Of a DNA stretch of 64,000 nucleotides, positions 1 through 9,810 are shown piece after piece. The stretch's first letter is position 1. Every line of letters begins with the position of its first letter. The stretch is from Myxococcales bacterium. Lineage in GTDB: Bacteria; Desulfobacterota; Binatia; HRBIN30. A program made the translations under genes and the position numbers. The DNA lies in assembly GCA_037445065.1 (NCBI GenBank), contig JBBILD010000010.1, forward strand, positions 87,080 to 151,079. Reading direction: 5' to 3'. The notes under the pieces are model-generated. The model was not told where the DNA came from. It worked only from the letters and a program-made list of their open reading frames with translations, and ran no database searches.

Positions 1-63
1 GTTTTCCTGCGCAACGATGGGACGCACGAAACGGGAACAGGAAGATTTTGTTCGCTGAGAGCC

Positions 64-1467
64 ATGACCCAGGCTGAACGACTGGCCACCTTTGCTTGCA
101 ACGCACGCTTCGAGCAGCTTTCCCCGGAGGCCCGCCAGGCACTGAAGACCCGGATTCTCGACGCACTCGGTTGTGCCCTCGGGGCCCTGGGCGGCGAGCC
201 GATGCGTGCCTTGCGACGGCACTTGCGGAGCGTTGGAGGCAAGCGGCTCAGCACCTTGATTGGCGGAGGAAAAACAGCTCCGGACCGCGCTGCATTCTTT
301 AACTCCGCCCTGGTGCGGTACTTGGACTTCAACGACAGCTACCTCGCCAAAGGCGAAACTTGCCACCCGAGCGACAACTTCGGTGCGGTGCTGGCTGCTT
401 GCGATCACTTGGACCGGAGCGGCGATGAGCTCTTGACTTCGCTCGCTGTCGCCTACCAAGTGCAGTGTCGCTTGAGTGATGCCGCGCCGGTCCGGCACAA
501 GGGTTTCGACCACACGACGCAGGGATCTTATGCAGTAGCCGCCGGTGTGGCCCGCGCACTACGACTGCCACCTCAGCAGGCCGCACATGCCATCGCCCTG
601 GCGGGCACCGCACTCAATGCGCTGCGGGTGACCCGTACCGGGCAGCTTTCCCATTGGAAAGGGCTTGCTTACCCGCATACCGCGTTTGCCGCCACCCACC
701 TGACCTACCTCGCCGCGCAGGGAATCACTGGCCCTATCGAAGTGTTCGAGGGAAACAAAGGCTTTTGCGAAGCCATTGCCGGGCCGTTTTCGATCGACTG
801 GCAGCGCGAAGATCTCGAACGCGTGCGGCGCACGATCGTGAAGAAATACAACGCCGAGATCCACTCGCAGTCGGTTCTCGAGGGCGTGCTCGAGCTCCGC
901 GAGACTCACCACTTCACGGGCGAAGATGTGGTACAAGTCCGCATTGACATCTTCGACGTGGCCTATCACATCATCGGCGGTGGTGAGGAAGGGAACAAGA
1001 TCATCGTACGCACCAAGGAAGAAGCCGACCACAGCCTGCCATACATGGTAGCGGTTGCGCTGCTCGACGGAGAGGTGTGGCCGGAACAGTACCGACCGGA
1101 ACGGATCGCGCGCCAGGATGTGCAGTCCTTGCTGCGCCGAGTAAACGTGCGCCCGGATCCCGAGTTCAGCCGCCGCTTCCCGGAGGAAATGCCTTGCCGG
1201 ATCCAGGTAGAGCTACGCGACGGGCGCATCTTGCAAGCGGAAAAGCGCGACTACGAAGGCTTTCACACCCGGCCCATGCCGTGGCAGGCAGTGGTAACCA
1301 AGTTTCGCCGCTTGGCGGCTTCGTCTTTGCCCGCGGCGCTTCTTACCCAAGTGATCGAACTGGTAGAACAACTGGACAACATCCGAGTGCGCGATCTGAC
1401 AGCGCTGCTCGCACGCGGTCGAATCCCTCGTGGCAAACGGAGAGAACCTCATGGCGAAACAAGGTAG
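64..1467 (+). CDS. MmgE/PrpD family protein (2-methylcitrate dehydratase-like)
   Basis: RYLDFNDSY, CHPSDN, GFDHTT, SHWKG, EEADHSLPY motifs typical of PrpD. Confidence 0.9.
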   Translation: MTQAERLATFACNARFEQLSPEARQALKTRILDALGCALGALGGEPMRALRRHLRSVGGKRLSTLIGGGKTAPDRAAFFNSALVRYLDFNDSYLAKGETCHPSDNFGAVLAACDHLDRSGDELLTSLAVAYQVQCRLSDAAPVRHKGFDHTTQGSYAVAAGVARALRLPPQQAAHAIALAGTALNALRVTRTGQLSHWKGLAYPHTAFAATHLTYLAAQGITGPIEVFEGNKGFCEAIAGPFSIDWQREDLERVRRTIVKKYNAEIHSQSVLEGVLELRETHHFTGEDVVQVRIDIFDVAYHIIGGGEEGNKIIVRTKEEADHSLPYMVAVALLDGEVWPEQYRPERIARQDVQSLLRRVNVRPDPEFSRRFPEEMPCRIQVELRDGRILQAEKRDYEGFHTRPMPWQAVVTKFRRLAASSLPAALLTQVIELVEQLDNIRVRDLTALLARGRIPRGKRREPHGETR

Positions 1468-2290
1468 GGACGAGGAGCGAGCGTTTTCCTTTTTGCCCCT
1501 GAACGAGCGCGAACCAAAGCCGCGACGGCGGGGCGTTACAGAAATCCGCGGCCCGTATTACACGCCCATGGGCACGCGCTACCTCGAGGACATACTGGAA
1601 ACCATGGGTCGCTATGTGGATGCACTCAAATTCGCTGGCGGCTCGTTTGCGCTCATGCCGCGGCGGGCTGTGCGCGCGCTCATCGAACTGTGCCACCGCC
1701 ACGAAGTGCTGGTATCCACGGGCGGGTTTGTCGAACGCGTCCTGACGTACGGCCGCGACGCCGTGGATGCCTATTTGAAGGAGTGCAAGGACTTGGGCTT
1801 CGACATCATCGAGGTGTCCACAGGGTTCATCACCCTGCCCGCAGACGACTGGCTGCGGCTGGTCGAGCGGGTCCACAAGCTCGGGCTCAAGGCAAAGCCG
1901 GAGGTCGGGATCCAGTTCGGCGCCGGCGGCGCCACCAGCGCAGCCGAACTTGCCGCTGAGGGAACCCGGGATGTTGGCTGGGCGGTCGAGCAGGCAAAGC
2001 GTTTTCTCGACGCCGGAGCGTACATGATCCTGGTGGAATCCGAAGGCATCACCGAAAGCGTGACCGAGTGGCGCACCGACGTCCCAGGTCGCTTTGTCAG
2101 TGCTCTCGGGCTGGAAAACGTGATGTTCGAGGCGGCGGATCCAGCAGTGTTTGCTTGGTACGTGAAGAATTACGGGCCAGAGGTGAACCTGTTCATTGAC
2201 CACAGTCAGATCGTCCAGCTCGAGGCACTCCGTTCCGGCATTTGGGGGACCAAGAGCCTGTGGGGGCGCGTGGTCACCTTCAAAGGCTGA
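1451..2290 (+). CDS. comA: Phosphosulfolactate synthase (ComA) family protein
   Basis: RRRGVTEIRGPYY, VDALKFAGGS, IEVSTGF, KPEVG, ILVESEG, LEALRSG motifs; overlaps the end of the upstream gene. Confidence 0.85.
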   Translation: MAKQGRDEERAFSFLPLNEREPKPRRRGVTEIRGPYYTPMGTRYLEDILETMGRYVDALKFAGGSFALMPRRAVRALIELCHRHEVLVSTGGFVERVLTYGRDAVDAYLKECKDLGFDIIEVSTGFITLPADDWLRLVERVHKLGLKAKPEVGIQFGAGGATSAAELAAEGTRDVGWAVEQAKRFLDAGAYMILVESEGITESVTEWRTDVPGRFVSALGLENVMFEAADPAVFAWYVKNYGPEVNLFIDHSQIVQLEALRSGIWGTKSLWGRVVTFKG

Positions 2291-2299
2291 GGGCTCGCA

Positions 2300-2866
2300 T
2301 CAGGAACGAGGCGGGTACTTGCGCAGCTTTCGCTGGAGCGAGCGACGGTGCATGCCCAGCCGCCGGGCAGCTTCCGAGACATTTCCACCACAATCGGCCA
2401 AAACGCGGTTGATGTGTTCCCATTCGGCGCGGGCCAGCGAGGGAGCCACGTATTCGGGCGATGGTTCCAGAGGAGGTGCGCTGGCACGGGCAAAGGCCGC
2501 GAGCACATCGTCCGCATCGGCCGGCTTGCTCACGTAGTACGCAGCACCCAGGCGAATCGCCTCGATTGCGGTCGCAATGCTGCCGTAGCCGGTGAGTACC
2601 AAGATTTTCGTGCCGGCGCAGAGGGCATGCAGGTCGCGAGTCAGCTCCAAACCCGAACGCCCGACCAGCCGCAAGTCAATCACGGCCAAATCCGGGGGCT
2701 GCTCGCGGGCAAGCTCCATGGCTTGCTCGTAGCCCGCCGCGCTGCGCACCTTGAGCCCGCGCTGGAGCAGCGCTCGAGCCAGGCGCTCGCGAAACACCTC
2801 GTCGTCATCCACCAAGAGCAGGTCCTTCCCCTTGAACTCAGCTACCGGCTCGACTGCCTCGTCCAT
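2300..2866 (-). CDS. regA: RegA/PrrA/ActR family response regulator
   Basis: Receiver domain (LLVDDD, DLRL, LTGYGSIATA, SKPADAD) plus WEHINRVL...NVSEAARRLGMHRRSLQRKL HTH. Confidence 0.9.
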   Translation of the reverse strand: MDEAVEPVAEFKGKDLLLVDDDEVFRERLARALLQRGLKVRSAAGYEQAMELAREQPPDLAVIDLRLVGRSGLELTRDLHALCAGTKILVLTGYGSIATAIEAIRLGAAYYVSKPADADDVLAAFARASAPPLEPSPEYVAPSLARAEWEHINRVLADCGGNVSEAARRLGMHRRSLQRKLRKYPPRS

Positions 2867-4205
2867 GCTCGGTCACCTCGATTTCTCCTCGCTCGTGCGC
2901 CGCAACGGCTTTTTGCCAACGATTGCGCGTGCAAACACTTCCCGCCGGCAGCACGAGGCGTGCCACGGTTCCCTGCCCGGCGGCCGATTCCAGCTCGAGT
3001 CGCCCGCCGATTTGCTCCATCGTGGAGCCCGCCAAGAACAAGCCTAGTCCGATTCCCTGGCCGGGTGGTTTGGTGGTGAAAAACGGCTCGCCGGCATGCG
3101 CCAACACCTCTGCCGGCATTCCCGCACCACAGTCGCGCACCTCCAAGCACAGTTGTCCGTTGCGTTGCGACAACCCGACCTCCACGACATTGCCTCCAGT
3201 CGATGCCTGCACTGCGTTCTTGACCAAGCTGCGTAACGCACGCCGCAACGCCTGCACCGGCACCGATACGCGTTGGCCCGCGACCTCCGGCGCCACGTGC
3301 ACGCGAATACGGATCTTCTCTTCCCCCCACTGGCTCACCCCGGCAAGCAGCTCACTGGCCTCGACTTCTTGCGCCGCCTCGCCCACGCCGTTGCCAGCTT
3401 CCACCGCCATTTGCTGCAGGATTTCTTGGCAGCGCCGCACCTGCTGCCGAATCAAGCGAACGTCCTGAATCCACTCGGCACCCCCCTGGGCGGCAGATCG
3501 TTCGAGTTCCTTTGCCGCTACGGCGATTGTCGAGAGCGGGGTGCCGAGTTCGTGCGCCGCACCGGCGGCCATGGTCGCCAGCGAGGCAAAGCGGATCTGG
3601 CGTTGGGCGAGGTCACGCGCTGCCTCCAGTTCGGCTTCGCGCTCTGCCAGCGCTTGTTGAACCCGCGCCACGAAGTACACCACGAACAGCGCGCTCACGG
3701 CAAACGCCACATACATGCCGTACAAGTGCCAGTGCAGGTGATGACTGTGCACGGCTTCACTGGGCAGCTCACCGTCCCATGCCGGAAGCACGAACAAAGC
3801 TCCGAAGCCGGCCAACGCAACGCAAGCAAGCAACCATGCGGAACGCGGCTGCAAGGTGGCCGCGGCCAGCGCGACATGCACCATATAGAGGAAAGAAAAT
3901 GGGTTCAGCGGCCCCCCGGTCAGATAGAGCAAAGCGGTGAGCAGCAGCACATCGACAGCCAGCAACCCGGTAAGCCAGCCTTCGGTCGGTGACTTGCGGC
4001 TGGCTACCCAGTGCCCGAGCAGGTTGCTAGCGGCTTCGAACCCAACGACTGCAACCAGCGGTAGCCAAGGAAGCCGCATCCCCAGAGCGAGTTCCACCGC
4101 CGTAAACACCAACAGTTGCCCGGCAACCGCCACCCACCGCAGGCGGAGTAGCCAGGCAAACTGGATTCCCTCTGCAGATGAAGCGCTCGGCTTCGGTACT
4201 CGCAT
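2838..4205 (-). CDS. regB: RegB/PrrB-like sensor histidine kinase
   Basis: LRWVAVAGQ, TGGPLNPF (RegB GGxxNPF motif), AAHELGTPLSTI H-box, EPFFTTK and GIGLGLFL; start uncertain. Confidence 0.88.
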   Translation of the reverse strand: MRVPKPSASSAEGIQFAWLLRLRWVAVAGQLLVFTAVELALGMRLPWLPLVAVVGFEAASNLLGHWVASRKSPTEGWLTGLLAVDVLLLTALLYLTGGPLNPFSFLYMVHVALAAATLQPRSAWLLACVALAGFGALFVLPAWDGELPSEAVHSHHLHWHLYGMYVAFAVSALFVVYFVARVQQALAEREAELEAARDLAQRQIRFASLATMAAGAAHELGTPLSTIAVAAKELERSAAQGGAEWIQDVRLIRQQVRRCQEILQQMAVEAGNGVGEAAQEVEASELLAGVSQWGEEKIRIRVHVAPEVAGQRVSVPVQALRRALRSLVKNAVQASTGGNVVEVGLSQRNGQLCLEVRDCGAGMPAEVLAHAGEPFFTTKPPGQGIGLGLFLAGSTMEQIGGRLELESAAGQGTVARLVLPAGSVCTRNRWQKAVAAHERGEIEVTEHGRGSRAGS

Positions 4206-4327
4206 GGCGCCAGCTGTGCTCGGCTCAGCACTATGGCAAAGCGAACAAGCCAGAGCGAGGTGTTCGGGCCAGTGCGCGACATCTTGCCGCATCCCGCGGC
4301 TTGGTGCCACTCGCTATCGGACGTGCG

Positions 4328-5347
4328 ATGCAACACACGCGCTCGGTTGCCTTTGTACTGACCCTGCTCGCAAGCATCGCCGCGGGCCCCGCGCAGGCGT
4401 GCGACATCTGCGCGATTTACACCTCCACCGAAATGCAGGAAGCCCGCACCGGGCTCCGTCTCTCGGTCGCCGAACAGTTCACTCGTTCGACCACTCTCCA
4501 ACGCGATGGAGAAGAGGTGGAAAACCCCAATTCCGAGCGCCTGGAGAGTTCGATCACCCAAATAGTGGCGGGATACGCGCCTCACCCGCGCCTGCTCCTT
4601 CAAGTCAACCTGCCCGTGATCCACCGTGGATTCCGCCGCTTGGAAGCCGGCGGTGTGGCAAGCGGTGCGGAAAGTGGCATCGGCGACATTTCGCTGCACG
4701 CCCTCATGACCGCGTGGTCGCACGTGTCGGAAAACTCCCTGCAGCGGATCAGCCTTCTCGCTGGGGTCAAAGTTCCCACTGGTAGCCCCAGTCGCCTGCG
4801 GGAAGAGATCGAGGAGAACCACTCACACAGCGATCAGGCAGCCATTCCAGACCCGTTCCGCTCCCGGCTCTATCCACGCCACAGTGGAGAAGCGGTGGAA
4901 AGCGGCATCCACGGTCACGACCTCGCTCTCGGCACAGGCTCTACCGACGTGATCCTCGGCCTGCACGGGCTGGTTACGTACAAGCGTTGGTATTGGAACG
5001 GCTTTACCCAGTACTTCGTGCGTACCGAGGGGTCTTTTGACTACACCTTTGCCAATGAACTCATCGTCAGCGGTGGCCCGGGTTACTTCGTGCTGCTCGA
5101 CCATCGGCAGTCGCTCGGCTTGCAGTCACTGCTGACGTTGGACACCAAAGGTACGGATAGCCAAGCGGGCCGCCGGCTCCCCGACACCGGCGTTACGTTT
5201 CTGTATGCTGGGCCCGCCGCGCACTGGACATGGGGGACGCAACTCAGCGTAGACGCAGCTGTGGACATCCCCGTGATCCGCAATAACACGGACCTGCAGA
5301 TCGTACCGGACTTTCGCTTGCGCGGTGGCCTCACCTGGCGTTTCTGA
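4328..5347 (+). CDS. Exported, probable outer-membrane beta-barrel protein with N-terminal CxxC and His-rich insert
   Basis: Signal peptide ending AQA, CDIC right after it, SGIGDISL / GVKVPTG / LGTGSTD motifs, C-terminal ...LTWRF. Confidence 0.6.
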   Translation: MQHTRSVAFVLTLLASIAAGPAQACDICAIYTSTEMQEARTGLRLSVAEQFTRSTTLQRDGEEVENPNSERLESSITQIVAGYAPHPRLLLQVNLPVIHRGFRRLEAGGVASGAESGIGDISLHALMTAWSHVSENSLQRISLLAGVKVPTGSPSRLREEIEENHSHSDQAAIPDPFRSRLYPRHSGEAVESGIHGHDLALGTGSTDVILGLHGLVTYKRWYWNGFTQYFVRTEGSFDYTFANELIVSGGPGYFVLLDHRQSLGLQSLLTLDTKGTDSQAGRRLPDTGVTFLYAGPAAHWTWGTQLSVDAAVDIPVIRNNTDLQIVPDFRLRGGLTWRF

Positions 5348-5360
5348 CTGCCGACCAGCC

Positions 5361-5855
5361 ATGCGGTGCCGATTTCTTGCAACTGCCTGCTTGCTCGTCA
5401 TCGCCCCACCCGTACTTGCCTTGGCCCGTGCCGCAGACGCGCTGCCGGCCTTGCAAGTGGAAGATCTAAGCGGCCAGCCACTGTCCTACGATCCGCCGCA
5501 ATCCGCGCTCGCCATCCTGCAAACCTGGGCGTCGTGGTGCGCGCCGTGTCACGAGGCCATCCCGTTTTTGCGCGAACTGCAGCGCCAGTTTCCTCGACTG
5601 CAGCTCGTACTCATCAACGTTGACACAGAACGCCCAAAGGCACTGGCCGCACTGAAGGAAATCGCACCGAACCCCGACGGGGTCACCCTGTTGTTCGACC
5701 CCAGTGGACAGGTGTTGCAGCGCCTGCGCGTTCCCGGGATGCCCGCCACCATCGTTGCTATCCGAGGCAAAGCGCAATTGATCGAGGTAGGCTTCAATGA
5801 TCAGGTGCGAGAGCGAATCCGCGCTGCGGTCGAACAAGCGCTGTCAGCTCGGTGA
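5361..5855 (+). CDS. TlpA/ResA family thiol-disulfide oxidoreductase
   Basis: Signal peptide, WASWCAPC active site, GMPATI cis-Pro motif. Confidence 0.85.
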   Translation: MRCRFLATACLLVIAPPVLALARAADALPALQVEDLSGQPLSYDPPQSALAILQTWASWCAPCHEAIPFLRELQRQFPRLQLVLINVDTERPKALAALKEIAPNPDGVTLLFDPSGQVLQRLRVPGMPATIVAIRGKAQLIEVGFNDQVRERIRAAVEQALSAR

Positions 5856-6974
5856 ATCAGCTTGCGCGGAAATCCCCCGGGGCGGCGGCTGCACGAGCAC
5901 GGAGACGATGCGGCGGCCCTGCACTCGCTCCACGGTAAAGCGCACGCCTTCGAGTTCGACGCTAGCCCCGGGGTCCGGGATTCTGCCGGCAAGCCCGAAC
6001 ACCAGGCCACCCACCGTGTTCCAACTCGCATGCGGGAGGCTCATTCCCAAGAGCTCGTTCAGGTCCACGATCGGCACACTGGCTTGTACCCGCAAGCGCC
6101 CATCGGGAAGGCGCTCGATTTCTGGTGGCTCGCGGTCGAATTCGTCAGCGATTTGGCCGACCAGCTCCTCGATGACATCCTCGAGAGTCACCAACCCGAC
6201 CACGGAGCCGTACTCATCGCTCACCATGGCGAGGTGAAAGCGCCCGTGCCGCATCTCTGCCAAGAGTTCTGCCAGCGGCTTCGATTCCGGGACGAAATGC
6301 ACCGGCCGCGCGACTTCCTGTACCGGACGCTGTCGCTCTCCGCGCACCAGCAACGCGAGGACATCCTTGGCGTGCACGACTCCTTCGGTGTTGTCCAGGT
6401 CTCCCCGATACACCGGCAGGCGAGACACGCCGCTTTCGAGAACTCTCACGGCTGCTTCCTCGGCACTCGCAGCCACCGGCACGGCAACGATGTCTGGTCG
6501 CGGCACCATGACGTCCCGGGCCGTTCGTTGACCGAGGCGCGAGCCGAGGGCCACCGGCCAGGACGGACTGGCCGGCCCCTGCGGAACCACTGCCACCGGC
6601 GTTTCGCGCCGCCCCTCCTCATCGCTCGGTACATCCGATCGCGCCGGCACTCCCAAGCCGCCCCATAGCCACCAGCGGCCGACCCGCTCGATCCAAGTGA
6701 GTTCCCGCTGCGGCTCGGGTGCGAACAAGTAGCGCACCAAGGCGCGCCCCAAGGCGGCAGGCAAAAGCAGTAGAAACAATCCGCTGAGCAGTGCAGTCAT
6801 GACCCAACGGCCGAGCCACCACTGCAATGCCAGCACCAGCAGGACGGCAAGCAGTCCCACGCCAAAACCAAGGAGCGCCGCTACCCCCACGTGCCGGATC
6901 CACGGGTCGGGGGTGCCCTGTAGCTCCCGTTTCGAGCCGGGCCGCGATTGCGGCGCCCCCGCAGCCTCGATCAA
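5844..6974 (-). CDS. CBS-pair / CorC-HlyC domain membrane protein
   Basis: ARDVMVPRPDI, SRLPVY, FVPESK, DEYGSVVGLVTLEDVIEELVGQIADEFD, TVGGLV. Confidence 0.85.
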   Translation of the reverse strand: MIEAAGAPQSRPGSKRELQGTPDPWIRHVGVAALLGFGVGLLAVLLVLALQWWLGRWVMTALLSGLFLLLLPAALGRALVRYLFAPEPQRELTWIERVGRWWLWGGLGVPARSDVPSDEEGRRETPVAVVPQGPASPSWPVALGSRLGQRTARDVMVPRPDIVAVPVAASAEEAAVRVLESGVSRLPVYRGDLDNTEGVVHAKDVLALLVRGERQRPVQEVARPVHFVPESKPLAELLAEMRHGRFHLAMVSDEYGSVVGLVTLEDVIEELVGQIADEFDREPPEIERLPDGRLRVQASVPIVDLNELLGMSLPHASWNTVGGLVFGLAGRIPDPGASVELEGVRFTVERVQGRRIVSVLVQPPPRGISAQADSPS

Positions 6975-6997
6975 ACGACCTCCCTCTACTGTTGTGA

Positions 6998-7666
6998 TTA
7001 CTCCCTCCCCGTCCTGGCGGGCTCGCCCCCGGCATCCGGCTCGGGCACCCCTGCCGCCTTGCTAGCCGCCCCCGGCTTCTCCAACTCCGCCCAGAAAAAG
7101 CCGCGAAGTTCGCCGCTGCGAAAACCCACAGCCCGGTCCGTCGGATGGAGCCGCTCGAGGGCCGCTTGCAACTCGGCGGGAAACCCCCGCCGCTCCCCGT
7201 GACAGGTCAGGCACACCCCTCCCGTAGCGATCGGGTGCAGCACGCCGATGGAATCCCCTAAGTCGAACCACACCGGCTCCACCTCATTCGCCGGCTTGCC
7301 CGCCATCTCGACTACGTACTGGTACGCCCACGGGCGCGGTGCGTTGTCGGGGTTGCGCAAGCGGTCGCTGGTCCTCCCCAAAGCGATCTTTTGTTCGCTG
7401 GCCACGCTACGCGCCAGAGCCGCCGCCTCTTGCTTGCACACTTCGACCGCACCAGCCGGACCCTTGGCAGCGATCTCCGCGGTCAAGCGCTGCTGCAATC
7501 GCTGTTGAAGCGTACGAAACGCGCTCTCCGCCTGAGCTACGCGCGGGCGCCACCCGGCGGGTAGCTCCCGCATCGCGCGCGGGACGGCTGACTCTGCCTG
7601 TGCCAGCACCGCCAGCAAAACCAAAGCGACTGCGCCACAAACCCAGCCACGAAGTCCGCGGGCCAT
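6998..7666 (-). CDS. DUF3365/Tll0287-like c-type heme protein
   Basis: Signal peptide, GAVEVC, RTSDRLRNPDNAP, CLTCH heme motif, DRAVGFRSGELRG. Confidence 0.8.
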   Translation of the reverse strand: MARGLRGWVCGAVALVLLAVLAQAESAVPRAMRELPAGWRPRVAQAESAFRTLQQRLQQRLTAEIAAKGPAGAVEVCKQEAAALARSVASEQKIALGRTSDRLRNPDNAPRPWAYQYVVEMAGKPANEVEPVWFDLGDSIGVLHPIATGGVCLTCHGERRGFPAELQAALERLHPTDRAVGFRSGELRGFFWAELEKPGAASKAAGVPEPDAGGEPARTGRE

Positions 7667-7827
7667 GGCCCTTCCTATCACACCACCGCCCGAGCCGAGC
7701 AAGAGCCGAAGCTGCGAGCGGAGCGGGCGGTCCCTGTGCGCAACGCGGGCCACGACCGAGAAAAAAATTTTTTGAAGCTTGCCGGGCGGCAAGCGTCTGA
7801 CCTGGGGTTGTTGCGGAGGAAAGACTC

Positions 7828-8223
7828 ATGGGCGTGTTGCTAGTGATTGACGATAACGTCAACGCGCGGGTGATTTGCGAGGTTCTGCTCGAATCGCGCG
7901 GCGAGAGCTGCCGCTTCTGTGGCCAACACGAACCACACGCTTGCGCGGCGGTGCTGGCCGGCGGTGCAGTTGCGATTGTGGAGGCAGACTTGACCGATGG
8001 AACGAGTGTCGAACGCCTTCGCCACACTCTGCATACCGTGAAGGAAGCGGCACGCCCACCGTCGGTGGTGGTCATCAGCGACGATGGCGCGCGCGTTCGC
8101 CAGGCGGGTTTGGCAGCTTGGGCAGACCGCGTGCTCCCCTCTGCAGCTGTCGGGCAAGATCTCTTGCCCGTGCTCGACGCTTTGCGCAGCCAGCAGCACG
8201 GGGCCGTCTCCGGCGTCTCGTAA
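7828..8223 (+). CDS. Small divergent receiver-like domain protein
   Basis: GGAGG RBS upstream; VLLVIDDN N-terminus resembles a CheY-like domain, the remainder is divergent. Confidence 0.5.
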   Translation: MGVLLVIDDNVNARVICEVLLESRGESCRFCGQHEPHACAAVLAGGAVAIVEADLTDGTSVERLRHTLHTVKEAARPPSVVVISDDGARVRQAGLAAWADRVLPSAAVGQDLLPVLDALRSQQHGAVSGVS

Positions 8224-8619
8224 GTGGCTTCCTTTGGCTCGGGTCGGCCGCGGCCCACCCGGCGCCTGGGCTCCGAACCGTGTTTCCTGAGTCCACGGCG
8301 TGGCAATGCAAGAACCGCTTGCGCGGAGACAACGGGCGCGATCCTGACCGCGCAACCGCAAGGGCTGCCCCTGGACATTCAAGCTGCGTTGCCACCTGCA
8401 GCCGCGAGACGCACTCCCGCATGCCATCCATGACCAGCCGCGGCGTCGCGGCCCATGGCGCCCTGTCGGGTCGCGTGGCCCCTGCGTAAGAATCTTTCTG
8501 TCTGCTTGCCGCCCGCGGGCGATTGCACGGGCCAAAGTGCGTTCTCCCAATTCCCATGTTTCGCCGAGCTGCACGCTTACCCCCGGGCGCTCTCGCCGCT
8601 CGAGGTCGCACGCCCCACG

Positions 8620-9759
8620 CTAGCGAGCCTGCCGCCCCTGCCTGTCGCGACCCCGTGCCTGGTCTCGTGCAACGCGCGCAGGTGAGGTCGCGGCGGCTTC
8701 CGCTTCTCTGCCATCCCGCAGCTTGCGGCGAAAGGCCGCTGGTGTTGTCTTCGCCCAGCGCCGGAAGGCACGGGTGAGATTCGCGGCATCGGAGTAACCA
8801 AGCCGTTCCGCAATCTCCTCCATGGAGAGGGAGTCGTCGTGGAGAAGGCGAATCGCCTCCGTGTAACGCAGCTCATCCGCCAATTGCGAGTAGGAAGTGC
8901 CGCATTGGGCCAGGCGCCGTTTGAGCGTACGCACCGATACGCCCAGGCGGCGTGCGAGCTCACGGCCGCTAACAACTCCCGCAGGCTGCCTCATGGCGCT
9001 ACGCACGCGCAGCAAAAACTGCCCGCTACTGCCGTACCGAGCGAGCTCCTGCTCGCATTGTTCTCGCGCCAGGCGCTGCGCCACTGGGTCATGCATCGGT
9101 AGCGGGTGATCCAGCACATGTGCTTCGAAGACGATTTGGTTGCGCGCCCGGCCGAAATACAAAACTCCGTCCAGCAACGGCGCCAGACGCCGGTAATACG
9201 GTGGTTCGGGAAGGGCCAATTCGATGTGGCCAGAGACCGGCATCCCCACCAAGGTGCGGCCCATATTGGCCAGGCTCGTAAGCAGCGCAATCAGAATGAC
9301 GTCCCGCGCCGTACCGAGGTCCGCTTGCTCGTACACCACCAGCCGCGCCTGATTGCCTTCCACCTCGAGGACGAACTGAAAGGCCGAACTGCGCACCGGC
9401 CCGTAGCGCACCGTCAACTCGATCGCCTCGCGCAGGGTCTTGGCGGTCATGGCCGCGAAACCCAGGAACCCGTGCGCAGAAATCGGGATTTGCAACCCCA
9501 AGTACACGCCCAGGCCGTCTTCGCCGGTCAGCCGGCGGGCGCGAACGATCACTCGCTCGATCTCGCCGATGTCCACGTGAAGATCGGGCTGCGCAAGCTG
9601 CTCGACGCTAACCGGGAGTCCGGCCAACAACTGCTCCGCGGTCACGTTCCAGCGCGCCACCAAGTCTATCAGGTACAGCCCGTAGGCAGCCGAGATGGTG
9701 TTCGACGCCGGCGTCACGACGCGGCGCGCTAGCAGGTGCGGCCCAATCGGACAAGACAT
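8620..9759 (-). CDS. AraC family transcriptional regulator
   Basis: HGFLGFAAMTA N-domain; LARRLGVSVRTLKRRL and IAERLGYSDAANLTRAFRRW HTH; start uncertain. Confidence 0.88.
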   Translation of the reverse strand: MSCPIGPHLLARRVVTPASNTISAAYGLYLIDLVARWNVTAEQLLAGLPVSVEQLAQPDLHVDIGEIERVIVRARRLTGEDGLGVYLGLQIPISAHGFLGFAAMTAKTLREAIELTVRYGPVRSSAFQFVLEVEGNQARLVVYEQADLGTARDVILIALLTSLANMGRTLVGMPVSGHIELALPEPPYYRRLAPLLDGVLYFGRARNQIVFEAHVLDHPLPMHDPVAQRLAREQCEQELARYGSSGQFLLRVRSAMRQPAGVVSGRELARRLGVSVRTLKRRLAQCGTSYSQLADELRYTEAIRLLHDDSLSMEEIAERLGYSDAANLTRAFRRWAKTTPAAFRRKLRDGREAEAAATSPARVARDQARGRDRQGRQAR

Positions 9760-9810
9760 TGGCACACACCGAACTAGTCGCTGCCGCGGAGCGGATTTAC
9801 GCATCGGCTC

